A DNA stretch of 64,000 nt from Tubulanus polymorphus (Eukaryota; Animalia; Nemertea), in NCBI RefSeq assembly GCF_964204645.1, contig NC_134030.1, positions 1,223,355-1,287,354 on the forward strand. The letters are read 5' to 3'. The notes below the pieces were generated by a model. The model searched no databases. It had not been told where the DNA came from and saw only the letters and a list, made by a program, of their open reading frames with translations. The translations under genes and the position numbers were made by a program. Positions 62,142 through 64,000 of the stretch are shown here, one piece after another (positions within the stretch are counted from its first letter, which is position 1; every line of letters begins with the position of its first letter).

Positions 62142-63927
62142 ATCGCTGTTTTTGGGTAAGATCGCAGTTTTTAGGTAAGATCGCAGTTTTTAGGTTAGAT
62201 CGCTGTTTTGAGGTTAGATCACCGTTTTTGGTTAGATTGCTGTTTTGTGTTAGATCACTTTTTGTGTTAGATCACAGTTTTTGTGTTAGATCGCTGTTTT
62301 TGGGTTAGATCGCTGTTTTGTGTTAGATCGCTGTTTTAGGTTAGATCGCAGTTTTTAGGTTACATTGCAGTATTTTGGTTAGACCGCAGTTTTTTGTTAG
62401 ATCGCAGTTTTTAAGTTAGATCGCTGTTTTGGGTTAGATCACAGTTTTCTGTTAGATCGCTGTTTTAGGTTAGATCGCAGTTTTTAAGTTAGATCGCTGT
62501 TTTGGGTTAGATCACAGTTTTTGTGTTAGATCGCTGTTTTAGGTTAGATCGCAGTTTTTAAGTTAGATCGCAGTTTTTGTGTTAGATCGCTGTTTTAGGT
62601 TAGATCGCAGTTTTTAAGTTAGATCGCTGTTTTGGGTTAGATCACAGTTTTTGTGTTAGATCGCTGTTTTTAGGTTAGATCGCAGTTTTTTAGGTTACAT
62701 TGCAGTATTTGGGTTAGACCGCAGTTTTTTGTTAGATCGCAGTTTTTAAGTTAGATTGCTGTTTTGGGTTAGATCACAGCTTTTGTGTTAGATCACAGTT
62801 TTTGGGTTAGACCACAGTTTTTTTGTTAGATCGCAGTTTTTAAGTTAGATCGCTGTTTTAGGTTAGATCGCAGTTTTTAAGTTAGATCGCAGTTTTTGTG
62901 TTAGATCGCTGTTTTGGGTTAGATCACAGTTTTTGGGTTAGATCGCTGTTTTTGGGTTAGATCGCTGTTTTGGGTTAGATCACAGTTTTTGGGTTAGATC
63001 GCTGTTTTTGGGTTAGATCGCTGTTTTTGGGTTAAATTGCTGTTTTTGTGTTGGATCATTGTTTTTGGGTTAGATCGATGTTTTTGTGTTAGATCGCATT
63101 TTTGTGTTAGATCACTGGTTTTTTGTTAGATTGCAGTTTTTAGGTTAGATCGCTGTTTTTGAGTTAGATCGCTGTTTTGTGTTAGATCGCCGTTTTGTGT
63201 TAGATCGCCGTTTTTAGGTTAGATTGCTGTTTTTAGGTTAGATCGCTGTTTTTGAGTTAGATCGCTGTTTTGTGTTAGATCGCCGTTTTGTGTTAGATCA
63301 CAGCTTTTAGGTTAGATCGCCGTTTTTAGGTTAGATTGCTGTTTTTAGGTTAGATAGCTGTTTTTAGGTTAGATCGCTGTTTTTAGGTTATATCGCAGTT
63401 TTTGTGTTAGATCACTGTTATTGTGTTAGATAGCAGTTTTTAGGTTAGATCGCTGTTTTTGAGTTAAATCGCCTTTTTGGGTTAGATCACAGTTTTTGTG
63501 TTAGATCACAGCTTTTAGGTTAGATTGCTGTTTTTAGGTTAGATCCCTTTTTTTTCTTAGATCGCAGTATTTAGGTTAGATCGCTTTTTTTGGATTAGAT
63601 CGCTGTTTTTGGGTTAGATCGCAGTTATTGTGTTAGATCGCAGTTTTTTGTTAGATCGCTGTTTTTGGGTTAGACCGCAGTGTTTAGGTTAGATTGCAGT
63701 TTTTGGGTTAGAACACTGTTTTTCTGTTAGATCGCATTTTTTTGTTAGATCGCTGTTTTAGGTTGGATCGCTGTTTTAGGTTAGATCGCAGTTTTTTGTT
63801 AGGTCGCTGTTTTTGGGTTAGAAAGCTGTTTTTGTGTTAGATTGGTGTTTTTAGGTTAGATCGCTATTTTTGTGTAAGATCGCTGTTTTTGGGTTAGATC
63901 GCTGTTTTTGGGTTAGATCGCTGTCTT
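62142..63927. repeat. 18-19-bp satellite (duplicate array)
   Basis: Same unit and same flanks as 25610-27350, with a different internal arrangement. Confidence 0.98.
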
Positions 63928-64000
63928 TGTGTTTTTGTCAATCATCATATCAAGATTTGCAATCCCAGTTGCCTTCAAGTTTCATATAGAGAATTAGTGG

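Larger units (their letters stand above)
57073..64000 (+). repeat. ~6.9-kb recent direct segmental duplication of 19426-19712 plus ~20430-27423
   Basis: Colinear, near-identical sequence (ORF pairs 22793/59363, 23848/60390, 24686/61223); differs mainly in tandem-repeat copy number; runs off the window end. Confidence 0.97.

Overview
AT-rich, intron-containing eukaryotic (probably invertebrate animal) DNA dominated by satellites, transposon relics and recent segmental duplications. I found no rRNA, tRNA or CRISPR. The main discovery is missed by the ORF track: a + strand orphan gene with a 5' UTR exon ending at 24987 and nine phase-compatible GT-AG coding exons (28668-47714). It encodes a ~344-aa, largely disordered protein with SP/TP sites, polyQ, basic NLS-like clusters, one small helical domain and an RxLF motif. 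Its last exon (CDS plus 3' UTR, ~47382-48317) folds back on itself into a ~930-nt branched structure whose mismatches are mostly + strand G-U pairs. Downstream (49.7-56.5 kb) lie tandem arrays of long hairpins, some inside spliced non-coding exons. Upstream (8.7-21 kb) and at 56-57.9 kb lie scrambled copies of the same gene's exons, all on the - strand. A further copy of the gene begins at ~61.4 kb within a ~7 kb duplication. The 11-kb intron between coding exons 6 and 7 holds a degenerate DIRS retrotransposon with nested insertions and a 63-bp satellite. Working hypothesis (inference): an amplifying, possibly germline, orphan gene family coupled to a hairpin/antisense small-RNA locus. All alignments and folds were done by eye.
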